A stretch of DNA of 64,000 nucleotides, taken from assembly GCA_964276515.1 (NCBI GenBank), contig OZ193909.1:1922001-1986000 (forward strand), read 5' to 3'. Source of the DNA: Gordius albopunctatus. Taxonomy: Eukaryota. A program made the position numbers and the translations under genes. How positions within the stretch are numbered: the stretch's first letter is position 1; each line of letters opens with the position of its first letter. Positions 1 through 12,762 of this stretch are shown in pieces. Under the pieces are notes generated by a model. It saw only the letters and a list, made by a program, of their open reading frames with translations, searched no databases and had not been told where the DNA came from.

Positions 1-3000
1 CCGATTGGTCGCCGTCTCCCGTATTCCGGACCGAAGCCGTGGTCACGTGTGCGCGGTGATCGACGCCATTGCTGAGAGTCACGTGATTTCCAGTCACCCC
101 GCGCCCTACCAGTAAGCTTTCGAGCAGGCATTTACAATCTTCGGCCTGGGAGAAAGGGGAAAAGTTACATGTTGTGTGGGGTCCCTAAGACCCCAGCCCA
201 TTAAAAAAATCCGGTAGTTATTTAGCATATGAATGCTAAAGTCGTAGCTCTTAGTTAAAATAACATTAATACGACACAATTTTGCTATAAAAATTTAGAT
301 GGTCTGCTTACAAATTTTTAACCGTGCAATAACCAGGCAATTTAAAAATATTATAAAATTAAAAAAAAAATATGTGAAATTGTAAGAGAAAAAACAGACC
401 TTCAACTTAATATCATAAGAATGCGATGAAATCATAGAGCTATTAAATAGGTCTGCTTTCAAAACTAACGAATTTATAAAGGACACACAATTAAAGCCTT
501 ACAGATATCTCAAAGACATGTACATGAGCGAAGCCAGCATTGGGATTAGTTAGAGGGAGGCAATAATGATTTAGAGAGGGGCAAAAGGATCCTTTTTTCG
601 AATTTCCCCGTAATTTTAATAAATTTAGAAAGGGGCAGGCAGTCCCCCTCCTTGGGCCCACGGGATACAAAGTCTGCTCTATTTTACAGTGGTTTTGCAA
701 AGACTGCAAAGGGGAAAAAGAGGGGGGAATGGCGCGACAAAACTCTTACGGTAGCTAGGGCTAGGGCCGTGGCCCCTTCGTGATTCACAGCGTTAAAATC
801 GGCACCGTGAGCCAAGAGGAGCGAGCACAATTGGGTTCGACCTTTCTGAGCTGCTTCGTGGAGAGGGGTGAAACCCCATTTATCGGGCGCGTTTACCCTG
901 GCCCCCCTAGATTTTCGTAATTATACGCACCGTGTTTATTTATAGCTATAAGCACCGAGTTTGCAACTTTTCAAAAAAAATGTATAACACCATGCTTAAA
1001 CATATTATTAAACAACTATTCTATAATCTTGCAGATTAAGATGTGAGATAATAAATTTCAACGTTTAATAAATTAATATGTACTAAAATAATAAAATTAG
1101 ATTGAAAAATTGCCATACAAACGATAACAAACGACCGAGCTCTCTAAATGAAACGGTAAAACAAGAAAGGAAAGTCAAAACCCCCAGCTCAATAAGTAAC
1201 TTTGAAAGAAGGAGTGATCAAGATTCCTTTCGGATCAAGGGGTCCAGAAGGTGTTTTAAAAGATTTGAAAACGATAATAAACAAGTTCATCGTTCCATAT
1301 TTTGTAAAGATGAATGAAATAATTAAAAAAGCTAGTATTATAAATATTTGAAAAACATTCTATAATAATATAGCAAGTGAATCATCCTTATTTTTAAAAT
1401 GATTAAATATTTTATATTAAAATTCGCAAAGGGGGTGTGTTGTGTTTTAGTTCTTGCCAAAGAAATTTACTTATCGATCAAGAGTGCAGCCATATCCACG
1501 TGCCCGTAAGAGGCTGCGTTGTGGAGGGGAATTAAGCCACCCCTGTCTTGGGCATTTACCTCGGCCCCGAGTTCGAGCAGGAGAAGAGCCACGTCGAAAT
1601 TATTGTAGCCAGCTGACAATTAATTTTAAGGTAAGCGATTTGATCAAACAACATATGTTTTGAAATGATTGATTTTCAATCATCAGACATTCTACATTAA
1701 CTCCTCGTTTTGCGTAAGTCCAACTTAAAATAAATTAATGTATTACATTTAAACAAAACAAAAAGTAGCGACATTAAATTGTAATCTGAGATCAAGGATA
1801 CTATTATACGTTCGTGGGGGTAGCCAGGATTTGAATTAGCGGAGGGGGGCAAAAATGATTTAGAGAGGGGCGAAATGATAATTTTTTGAGGAAATTTTAG
1901 CCATATTTATATTAAATTTTAAAGAATTTATGATTTTGAGGGGCAATCGCCCTTCCCATATGCCAACGTATATGTCAGAGTCAATGTCCAGCGAGGTTGA
2001 GATTTCGCCAGCACTACCTGATTCAAAACGAAAGCGGCGTTAGTTTAATGTTTGGCGACGTTATTTCAAATGATCCGATCAAAACTTCATGAAAAGCTAT
2101 ATATCTCTTAACTCCCAAAACTTGTTATAGGACTGCTAAACTTAAGGTACACGTTTTTTTCAATGCTATAATTTAAAATAGCACTAAGATTGGGATTAAA
2201 TTTAGATATAGACTAGTGTAAGCCTGGAAAAATAGTACATGCAACAAAAATGTTTTACCAAATCATTATATAGTTTTTTAGGACCAATAAGAGATGTAAA
2301 AACTATGAACCTAACAAAACTCTAATATTTTTAGTAAATGGAAGTGTCGTAAAAAGACGTGTGCTATGGTTCAACTAAGATTAACCTCCAACCTAATAAC
2401 AACACCCTAAATCATCTAGTCTATTTTTCGAATTTCAACTAGGTCTAGAGGTTTACTAAGAAAAACAGAGACCAAAACCTTTGGCCTCTTTTGGTTAAGT
2501 CGACCAAACAAAACCCGGGTTGTTTTACACCGTTAGTAAATATCAAAACGCTCACCAGCCAAATGGAGGGGCGTAGAATAACGCCCTTGGGTATCCCGAC
2601 AATTGACATTAGCACGGCTAGCTAGACGCTTGACTTTGGGTAGCGCGCCGCGCTTGGAAGCTTCTAGCAGTGCCGCTCTACCCCCGTCCACTAAAAGCTC
2701 ACTCAGTTCTATCAATTTTTCGCGCTCTAGCGTAGGAGCGACAGCGTTAGTTTCGCGCTAGCGTCGATAAATATAATACAAAATATTTAAAAGAAACAAA
2801 CTCCTCATTCTGATACAAAAATAAGGATATCTAAATTTTAAAGCAAATTTGTTACAAATATATCATTTTTAAAGTTGCATCCATGAATCAGCGCTACGAA
2901 AGGTTATAAAGCGCTGCAAATCTTCTTATTAAGATAAACCACAAAAAACTGGTATTAAACCCCGTGTCAGTTCGTCAAAAGTTATATATTAAACATACCT

Positions 3001-6000
3001 ACTAAACAAAAAATTTAAACGTCAAAAAACCAACAAAATATTCACTCAAACCGTGCATGCAATCATCTAACGTGCAAGATTTTTTGGGAGCAACCGAAGG
3101 CACTAGGACGCGCAAATTGTTTCGAACAATACTCCAACAAAAAACCTCTCGAGTAAATCATTCAAAAAAATATAAATTGCTATTATAGAACTCATAGTAA
3201 GCTTTTTAAAAAAAATTATCCCTACTTCGCGCTCGAGCGTAGGAGCGTTAGCTAGGAAAGTTGCAGTTACGAGTTGGCGAGCCGTGACCCCGTCACGGTT
3301 TAGTCGCTCGGGATCCGCCCCGTAGCGTAGGAGTAGAGAGCAAGCGTCAAGTTTGCCCTTGGCAGCGGCTTCGTGGAGCGGCGTGAAGCCCCACAAATCT
3401 GCCGCGTCTGGGTCTGAGTCCGGACGACGCGATAGTAAGAGCTCCGCAACTTCAGAATGCCCGTACGAGCAAGCGTTGTGCAAAGGCACTAAGCCCCTGA
3501 ATAGGTTAATTAGAAAGATTAGATGTATAAATATTAAATGTCATTTCATAAAAAATGAAAGTTAAAAATATAGGATGATGATGGAATAAATAGAATAAGG
3601 AGAAGGATGATATATGATGAAGAACTAAATAAGATGATCAAATTGATATGATTAAGGATAGTGGTGATCAAAACCTATGTTGGGTTTTCCCGAGGTCAAA
3701 CCCGAGGTGGGTTTTGGGTTAAGGTTGGAAAAAGACCTTTAAGGTCTTTCAGATTCCCTAACCCAAAACTGGGGTGGAACCCCAAAAAGACCTTAAAAAC
3801 CTTAAGGTCTTTTATACACCCAAACCTTAACCCGGGGTTGGGGTTAGGTTGACCTGGGGCTAATGTTTTGAAGTATAGGCGTGAAATAAGAGTATATTAT
3901 TTTTTAGATATTAATATATTTATTTTTTAATGAAGAAATGAATTTTTAGGTTTTGATCATCACTAATTAAGGATACAATATATATAAGAACTTAATATAG
4001 ATTCATTTGAGAGTAATTTTAACTCGATTTATTAAATAATGGGGCAGAGGAGGTAGGGAGATATTAAGACAAAGAAACACGGTTAAAATGGTAATCAACT
4101 CGGCTTTGGCTTACAGTATAGAAATATATAATCATAGCAATTAATATAATACGTGTAGAAAGTACACGTATAAAAGTTATAATAATAAATTAAGCTATTC
4201 TTCACGCTTTCACATGTACCACAAAAAGAAATTTATTTGTCAGGGAAAAATGGGTTAAAGATTAAAAAAAATTGTTTGTCCCCGTCTCTCGATATTTTAT
4301 ATAATAGCATGGGCTACATTAATGTTATAGATAGTTAAGGGACGTAGCCGTGAGCAGGGGGGCAAGGAGAGGCCGCTGCCCCTTTTAAATCCAAAATTTG
4401 TTGAAATTTATCAAAATTATGGGTAACCTTTCAAAAAATGAATAATCCTCTCTTAGTTATAAATGCCCCTCTCTAATCCCAATGCTGACTATAGCAAAGA
4501 AGTCATTCCTAAGGTTATCATCTATATCAGCAAAATTATCCTAGGGTGCATTAATTAATGAGATTCATAGAATAGCATCAAAGCTAAAGCTTCGAATTAA
4601 AAAATTTGCTAAAAAACATACGTGTTTCAGGTATTTTTCACATTATCCTATATCCGGATTCTCAACCAAAAAAATCAAATTATTATTAATGCAAAATAAT
4701 ATAGGATTATGTGAGGGCATTAGGTACGTCCATATAATCAATGTGAAAATGAAAACATACAATTACAAAAAAGAGCAAATGATTCCACCCGCATAAACTA
4801 AAATTAACCAAAATAAAACATATAATCCAGCATTTAAGAAGATTTTCATAATTAATGTTCTTCATATATAATATTATATTAACTACAATAATTTTTAACA
4901 CCCTCGACAACTCCCGAAAATATATCTATGAAGAATATAATAATCAAGCCTTCCACAAATTTCTATCTAATATCTCTCGACTTTGAAAAACATCTTTTTT
5001 GCGAAATATTTTAACTGCCCCATCATAAAGTTAGTAATGCAATGCACAGAAACACAATTTTTAACCAAAACATATGAGGAAAATTCATGGAAGAACCCTT
5101 TAGAAACTAACCTAAGAGAATCCCCCTCTTTTATTTGGCAAACTTTTATGTTGCAATTGCGTTTCCAACTTCTCTCAAAAACTAAATTAGATTAAAAAGT
5201 AATTTATCACGTATTCTCATCAGAGACCAGATTTGCCCGGCCCGGCCCATTTTAAATTTCGGGCGGGCCCGGGGGGACAGCATAACAAGATTCGGGCGAT
5301 TCGGGCTCAATTTTGTTTTTAAATTTTGCCATTTTTTAAATTAATTTCATAATGTTGGTTAATCCCTGTTCTCATTAAAAAAAAGTCAAAAATCAAGATA
5401 AAATTTTTAAAAAATATAACGATAACCATTTCGGGCCGGGCAGCAGGGATAATTCGGGCATTGCCGGGCGGACACATACAAGGGTTCGGGCAGAAAAATT
5501 CTAACAAATCTGACCTTTGATTCTCATACTCGACTGGGAAGAAGGCGATTGATGCGGAATCAGAGTGAATATAATAACACTAGATCGGCAATACAAGGGT
5601 AAAACACAATTATCGGATTGAAAAAAAACGGAATGAATTTTCTGAATTATAATCGGCAAACAAGCTAATCCCGCTCTCGTGATTCTAACGAGCTCGTTCT
5701 TGATCCTTCATTGTCAAGGATGTAGCATCGATAAATCTTATGATTTAACGCAGCGTGATGTTAGCGTTTAAAGGATGTTATGATTACAACCGAACCCTGT
5801 CGAAACTAGACTTACTCAAAACGATTCTCTCCTACTAGTTGAGTCTTCTTAACTACTAAATTAATAAAATTTATCACTTTGGCATAAAAAATCAATTGGC
5901 TAGGAGTCGAACAAATTCATCTAGCCGACAGTTTAAGTTTGGCAAGGGCGTAATAGCCTGACGGTTGCAGGGAGGGGGGTCTGTAATTTTCGAAAAATTC

Positions 6001-9000
6001 TTTGAAATTTTCGAAAATTTTGACCAAATTTTTAATTAATGATCATTTTGCCCTCCCCCCCCTCTGATTCAAATCCTGGTAACGCCCATGAATTTTGGAA
6101 AGACACAACTAAGTTTTGGTGTGAAGGGGAGTAAAAATTTATAAATAATATCGGTTGCAATTAGCCCTAGTATATTCCAAAAACTGACGTCAAAAAAACA
6201 AACTATCGTGCAGAGAGGAGTCTTTTTGCAAAAATTGTCATTTTATTTTTTTCATCTTTAAAAAATTCGTTCTTTTGCCAACTTTGAATGCTGCTTGAAT
6301 TTTTGAAAGTAAATAAACAAGAGAACCGCGAAAATTTTGAACATTTGAAACTGATTAATGAATTGTTGCGGAATTGCTAATCTTTTGAAGAAGATGATAA
6401 TAACCGCTGAAAGCACGATCTAATTAGCGCCATTTATATGCAATTTTAATTAGAGACTAATTTGACTATTGATTGCTATGCAATTTATGAGGTCGCTTTT
6501 TGTTGTCAGTTGTCCGTCCGTTCAACATGTATCTTAATTGCTGGTTCGATACCCGTAGAGGGCAAATTTTTTTTAAATTAAATTAATATCTTGTTCTTGT
6601 TAATACCATTGATAATATGACTTTTTGGCCGTCCGCTGGCTGCTGACCAATGAAAAAATGACTATTGGCCAAAGTGAGATTAAAATCGATTTTTTTTCTA
6701 GATTATAATTATAGGCTAGTTATTTGGCTGTCTGCTAACCATTAGAAAAAATGACCAATGGCCAAGGTCTGATTGGAAATTTTTTTCGTTTTTTTAATAT
6801 CTTGTTTATGCTATACATATGCGCACGATTTGAATAGAGTCTACTATAGTCATAATTCAAATTATGGGTCGCCTACACCGAATTGTTTAAATTTATACAG
6901 TATCAAAAAAACTCTAAATTGAAAGTTGAACGTTTTGGAAGAATGACTATTGGCTTTTCCAAGGTCATGCCCCTGTATTTGCGTTCCTTTCGTCATTTTG
7001 ATTAATTTAGAAGTTGATAGATAAGAATGAATGAAAGAAAACCTATTCCTCAATAAATAAAGTATTGATAAGTTTTTATAGCAGGTTTTACAAAAATTTA
7101 ACTTTTTAAATATTTGTATAAATAATTAACTAATCATTTTGCATTTAATACCCTCCCTATAGGCATTCTCGCCCATAAATTGCATAGCAAATATGCTACG
7201 TTTACACGGAGTATAGATGAGTTTCGGTCCCGCTTCCCACCAGGGTCGAAGCCCGCGGTTATATATATCCCCATCTTTTTTAGCATGTGACTCGAAAATG
7301 ATAACAGACAGACATATATAAATTTTTCGCTCTTATTAGAGCTCATCCGCTATGCCATCATAGCTAATTTTGTAGCCACATTCTAGGCGAGATACGAGTT
7401 AGTTATAATGCTCAAATACTATTCAACCCATTCTCAGGGCGGATAACCCTAAAGGAGGCTATTACAGTCTTCTCCTTCAAACCTTATCAATGATTTTATG
7501 AAATGTTGGCTCAATTCAGACATAGTCGACTCTATCTTTCTACACAACACTACTTAGAAGTAAAATAAATTAATAGTGGGCTCACATTTACCCCTTGTCT
7601 TTTGCGTGTATGTCAGCTCCCCTGGAGAGTAGGAATTCAACGAGGCCCACTCGGTTATAACCAGCAGCCAAGTGTAGAGGCGTAGAATGACGCCCGTCCG
7701 TATCTCTGTTTTCAATTTTGGAGAAATGAACCATTTAGGGAAAACAATCATTTAAGATGTAATATTAGGTTTAGGTTGCGATGGAAGTTGTCCTAATTAT
7801 GAATAAAGGATTATTGAGGCTTAATCGAATCGCCAAATTTATGTACGTACTATCAATTTATGCGTAAAATTTGAAATTTTATGCATTCAAAAGTTTGAAA
7901 AGTTTCTAATCATGCCAAGTAATAACTATTTAAAATTTTGGCTTACCATGAACCCTACAACCGAATGATAAAACTTTCGATATTAATAATTTGGCTATTT
8001 TACAAGTGGTTCCCTTTAGTTGCCATGAAGATTATGTAATTTCTACACTTTTTAATCGTAATACATATAGAGTTACCTCATTATCGGAGTTAGTGACGGA
8101 GTCTAGCACATATATTGGATTTGAAAAGGCTATATACGAGTTTATATCCCAACCACAAATAATACCTCCCATTTTTAATTTATCTAAGTTTTGAGCGTGG
8201 GGCCATATAGTGCATGGGCGTAACCAAAGGGGGGGGGCTGCCCCCCTCTAAATCCAAAAACTTGCTCCAATTTGTTTAACTTATGGGCAAAATTTGAAAA
8301 AATTATCATTTTGTCCCTCCTTAAATCATTACCCCCTCTAATTGTAATCCATGATATCGTGCTAATATATATAATAATCGACTTATATTACAAGTGATAT
8401 TGTTGCCTGCGTTAACATTAAATTGTCATAAAATATGTGGCAGCCATTGAATCCTTCGTCAAATGCTGCATCTATTTCCGGCTGGTATAACGCATCAACT
8501 AAAAGATTGGTGATCAACTTAAATTCTTGATACCTTGAGTGAATTCTAAGGTAATATCAGCGTATTTATTTCATAAATCTTTGGTCCAATGCCTCTTAAT
8601 TGAGTAAACACAGTTACACAGTTAGCGCTGCGAAAACTAACTAATTTCATAATTTGTTTCATTAACATTAATTTTGACGTAAGGCAAAACAAACACGTTT
8701 GCCACAAAATTTATTACAAAATTCGATAAAAATTAAAACCTATATATAAACCTGCAATTAACGTCGACCCGGCCGGCGTCCACCCTGACCCCCGAAGGAT
8801 TTAAAGGGACGGGACCGTCTATAAGGGTGCGGCAGAGTTCGAGGTCACCGCCCTTTGCCGCTTCCAGAAGTTTCGATTCGAGCGCCGCCATTTCGAGTTC
8901 TTCCGCCGCGCGTAAATCGGTCGCGACGACGCGATTGGCTACCGCGAGTGTGGGGCCAGAGAAATTAGTTCCCAATTCTTCGGGCGAGCAGACGATTTTG

Positions 9001-12000
9001 GGAGAGGTCATCGTACCTTCTGGAACGATCGGTTGTTGCGAGTTTTTTTTAACCTTACAATCGGTATTATTTGTGGTTTGGTCATTTTTGATTTCATTAG
9101 GAACGCCTTAATAAAGGAGCAAAACATGTTGTATCATAAATTCTGCCTCAATCTTTACAAGAGAATTTTTATTTTTGATAATACATATTTTAAGTTAAAA
9201 TGCAAAATGTTATTATTAAAATAGCCATTCGTGATATATTTATAAGACTGTTTATAAAATTAATAAATAGGTCCTATTCATAAAATAGGCCTCAAAATTA
9301 TTAATTACAATCATAATTTTAAAAATTTTAGCTAATCAAATTGGAATTCCACACATCTTACCCCAAATAAACAATTTACCTTTTAAAACATTGAGGGTTT
9401 CAGAATTTGTTGTCAGTTGAAGGGCCGTGAAGCCTTGCAAAGACACGTGGTCTGGATTAGAGCCGATAGTCAACAAAATCGAACAAGCTTTGGCGTTGCC
9501 CACTTTAGCGCAACGTTGCAGCGCGTTTTGACCCAAACTGTCCAAAGCATTCACCTTTGATAATATATAAAAGAATAAAGACTATGGCCTCCACCTAAAA
9601 TACAACAAACAAAAAATTCAATACAAAAACCCTTACAAATTAAAACAAAATAATGTTTGCCCCCCCCCCCTGATTCAAAAACCTAGCTATGCACATGATT
9701 TTAGCCATAAAGATTGCTAATAAATCGTAAGCCAAGCTCACTTTAAATTAGCTATAAGAACAATTTTTAAGGGGATCATGGGCCATGTTATGGATATGAG
9801 CCAGGTTAATTTTTTGATGTAATCATTATTGAATCGGCGGGCATTACAACTCAGCGAAAAACCCCATTGGACGGAATTTTTTTCGTTATAATTTTAAGAC
9901 CTTCACGGTAGAGTTACGTCAAATTTAAATTGTAAAATTAGCTTTTCAAAATATTTAATTGTGATTGTATGAGGGGGGCCAACTTGCCCAAAAATGACCA
10001 AACTATAAAGCAAACCATGTGTATACATAAAAAAATTGTATATTTTTGTGAATTATACTTTGGCCCCGTGTTTCACCAATACTTCCGCCATTTCCAAATG
10101 ATTCGCATCAGCCGCAACGTGCAACGGTGTCAAGAGATCGTTGTTTTTTTCGTTCACGTTACATCCTTTACGCACCAAAAATTCCATCACCTCAACCAAA
10201 TTATATTATAAAAAAATGCATAAATTATTTAATTTATCAAAATTAAATTCGTAAAAAAAAATTACTACCTGTTTTCTTTTGGGGTGAGTAGAAGATGAAA
10301 CTTCGTGCAAAGCGTTGTTCCCGGTTAGAGGATGCTTGAAAGCGCAGCATTCCGAAATGAATTTTTTCAATTTTGCTACGTCGCATTTAAGTGCCGCACT
10401 CAAAAACTCAATTCCCTTATATTCATCTAAAATAATCCAAAAAATTAGATGTAAATTCAGTTTTTTTCAAATTTTAATTGATTAATTCAATAACCAAGGG
10501 AATTAAAAATAAAAATCTTTTTTTTTGCGATTAGTTAGGTATATTCTAAATTTCTTAAGTCACTCAAGTAAAACGATATAAATAAATTATATTCACGACT
10601 AAGAAACTATAAGAACGCGCTAAAACTAAACGGATTTTCCATTGTGATGTTTCGCCTGACAAACAAGTACTCTTTCGAATCGGATGAGACGTTAGAGATC
10701 GCTTTTCCGATTTGTTTCAAGAGAGCGAGATCTAAATAAAACTCTCAAAAGATAATCTTCTTAAAAAACAACCTAGTTAAAGCTACTTAAAGTCCAGCTC
10801 TTCAAGAACCCTTTTATCGTACAAATCACATTTTTAACCTGATCAAAGGAATGATGAATTTTATTTAATTTAAGATTATTTACATAGCATTCTGTCTTTG
10901 AGTTCTTTCGTAGCTGCACAATCAAAAGCCGATTTGCCATGACAATTGAGTAGGGTAGGGTCTGCCCCGTAGCAAATTAGCAAACTACAAACGTCCCCCC
11001 TGTTTTTGTAAGCCGATTCATGTAGTGGAGTGAAATGCCATAGATCTTGTGCATTAACGTTAGCAACGTGTTTTATTAAAATTTCAGCTACGTCAAAATG
11101 CCCATAGGAGCAACCGTTGTGAAGAGGTACTAAGCCGCTATTAATAAAAAATATTCATAAATTTGATTAGATATACTAGAAATAAAAATATTTAAAAGTT
11201 AATTAGTTGACAGTTTTGTCAAAATATAACTTATATTTTACCTTGACCAAGCAAATAGTATAATAAAAGGTTGTTTTTAACCAAGATGTATTTAAATGTT
11301 GTAATAGAACTATAAAGATTAGTAATACAAAATAAATATAACATCATTGTCATAATCTTTTTTACCAAGTAAATAATATAACACCATTTTAATAACCGTA
11401 TTAATTATGTTACTCTAATTTAATTTTATAGCTTATTTTAATTATATAAAAAAATTAATTTCATAACTTTTCATTTCACTTAAAAAATGAAAGAGAATAC
11501 TAAAAGCAATATTTACCCCTTATCCTTTGCACCTACATCTGCCCCATGCTTCAATAAAATCCTGACAATATTTGTTCTGTTGTAGCCACTGGCCAAATGC
11601 AAGGGTGTAGACTTTCTACCATCATCCGCATGACAATTAGTATTGTAGGGAGTCAATAAAAACAAAAGTTTATCTTCATTTCCAGATCTTGCTGCTTCAA
11701 GCAATTCATCCTTTTTGTATTCTCCTATATGACATTACAAACAATAACTTTATTTATAAAATACCTGTTAAAACTGTTTTTATCATAGTGTCAGCTATAT
11801 CATAAGGAGATTTACCATCTGCATTACATATCTCAGGATTTGCCCCATTCTGAAGTAAAACTGAATATTGTATTATTCTTAATCAACATATTAGCATTAC
11901 TTAAACATGTTTCAATTTTGCCTTTTATCACAGCCTCATGTAATGGAGTAAAATTCCAGTTATCTCTGGCATTGGGATCTGAGCCATGCTTAAGCAATAA

Positions 12001-12353
12001 TTGAACTACTTCACAATGCCCAAAAGAACAAGCATTATGAAGGGGAATCAAGCCACCTTCATCATGTACATTAACATCAGCTCCAGTCACTAGTAGATAA
12101 TCTACAACCTCAAGTCTTCCAAAACCTTAAAGACTATGTTACATAGCAATTAATCTATCTCACCTGCTGCAATGTGTAGTGGTGTAGATTTGCGCCCCAA
12201 ATCATCGCGATAATTGATATTAGTTGGATTAATGATCGATTTTATTTTATTCAAATCTCCATTCCTACAAGCTTCAAAAATATCTTTAATAGTATCAGAA
12301 AAATCGTCACTGCCTTCTAAATAATTGTCAAATATGTTTGGCCTACAAGCCAT
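1..12353 (-). CDS. TNKS: Tankyrase (PARP5), ankyrin-repeat region; SAM/PARP part lies beyond the left edge
   Basis: Hand-spliced GT-AG exons: 12353-12164, 12125-11901, 11860-11765, 11724-11517, 11137-10884, 10426-10269, 10190-10059, 9554-9380, 9106-8752, 7705-7592, 3496-3226, 2757-2556 (acceptor inferred), 1612-1471, 906-750, 145-<1. Phases are compatible. Tankyrase-type motifs: [74 protein letters not shown]. Confidence 0.96.
3659..3965. mobile_element. Non-autonomous hAT element (MITE) in a tankyrase intron
   Basis: Terminal inverted repeats (TIRs) TAGTG(G/A)TGATCAAAACCT; 8-bp TSD ATTAAGGA at 3651-3658 and 3966-3973. Confidence 0.9.
4840..4945. repeat. Fragment related to the Penelope-associated sequence at ~48170-48260, with an internal inversion
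   Basis: AATATTATATTAACTACAATAATTTTTAACACCCTCGACAA.TCCCGAAAATATATCTATGAAGAA matches the reverse complement of ~48194-48260. It is flanked by inverted TTCTTCATA/TATGAAGAA. Confidence 0.55.
5221..5519. mobile_element. Non-autonomous hAT element (MITE)
   Basis: Imperfect TIRs CAGAGACCAGATTTG / CAAATCTGACCTTTG; TSD ATTCTCAT at 5213-5220 and 5520-5527; subterminal TTCGGGC repeats. Confidence 0.85.
5943..6090. mobile_element. Short GC-rich hAT-type MITE, same family as 15226-15384
   Basis: Ends CAAGGGCGTA... and ...TAACGCCCATG; near-TSD AAGTTTGG/AATTTTGG. More decayed copies near 525-665, 1815-1965, 4338-4492 and 8214-8361. Confidence 0.65.
6471..7260 (+). mobile_element. DINE-1/Helentron-associated (HINE-like) non-autonomous element
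   Basis: Subterminal inverted repeat TTGCTATGCAATTTATG (6473) / CATAAATTGCATAGCAA (7174), GTCC microsatellite after the 5' repeat, internal tandem units, 3' GC hairpin, no TSD. The uninterrupted host repeat is visible at 47391-47520. Confidence 0.65.
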
Positions 12354-12762
12354 AATCAACGTTAGCTTGTAAACATATGATTATCGATTTTAAAGGTGTA
12401 TGAAATGGTACGAGTACGACTCTATCCATAAAATAGAATTTGCGACATTTAAACTTTGATCTAAATTTTGTTAATCTTTTTTTGGAAGCTATAAAAAATT
12501 TGAAAAAGTGTTTATTGTTGAACAGAATACGCTTTATTTAGAAAATAGTTGACTTCACTCAAAAATTTGTTTATATATTTACAATTAGATAAACTAAATC
12601 TTCACAAGGAAAGCGTTAAAGAAAATAATAAAAAGATAAGTGGTACCTTAGAGTTATATTTGGCATGTTCAGATAAAAATTTAGACTTATAGATTTCATT
12701 TGAAAATGGGCGCATAATTACCCAGTTATTGTTTATTAATTCCCTTTTCATTTGCTTGATAT

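Noticed and set aside
3661..3852. Telomere-like GGGTT/AACCC tracts
   Set aside because: Irregular and enclosed by TIRs and a TSD; they are MITE subterminal motifs.
3500..8750. Apparent loss of one ankyrin repeat in tankyrase
   Set aside because: The missing 114-nt exon is present at 7705-7592 ([18 protein letters not shown]...KDKG) in a frame the ORF track did not report.
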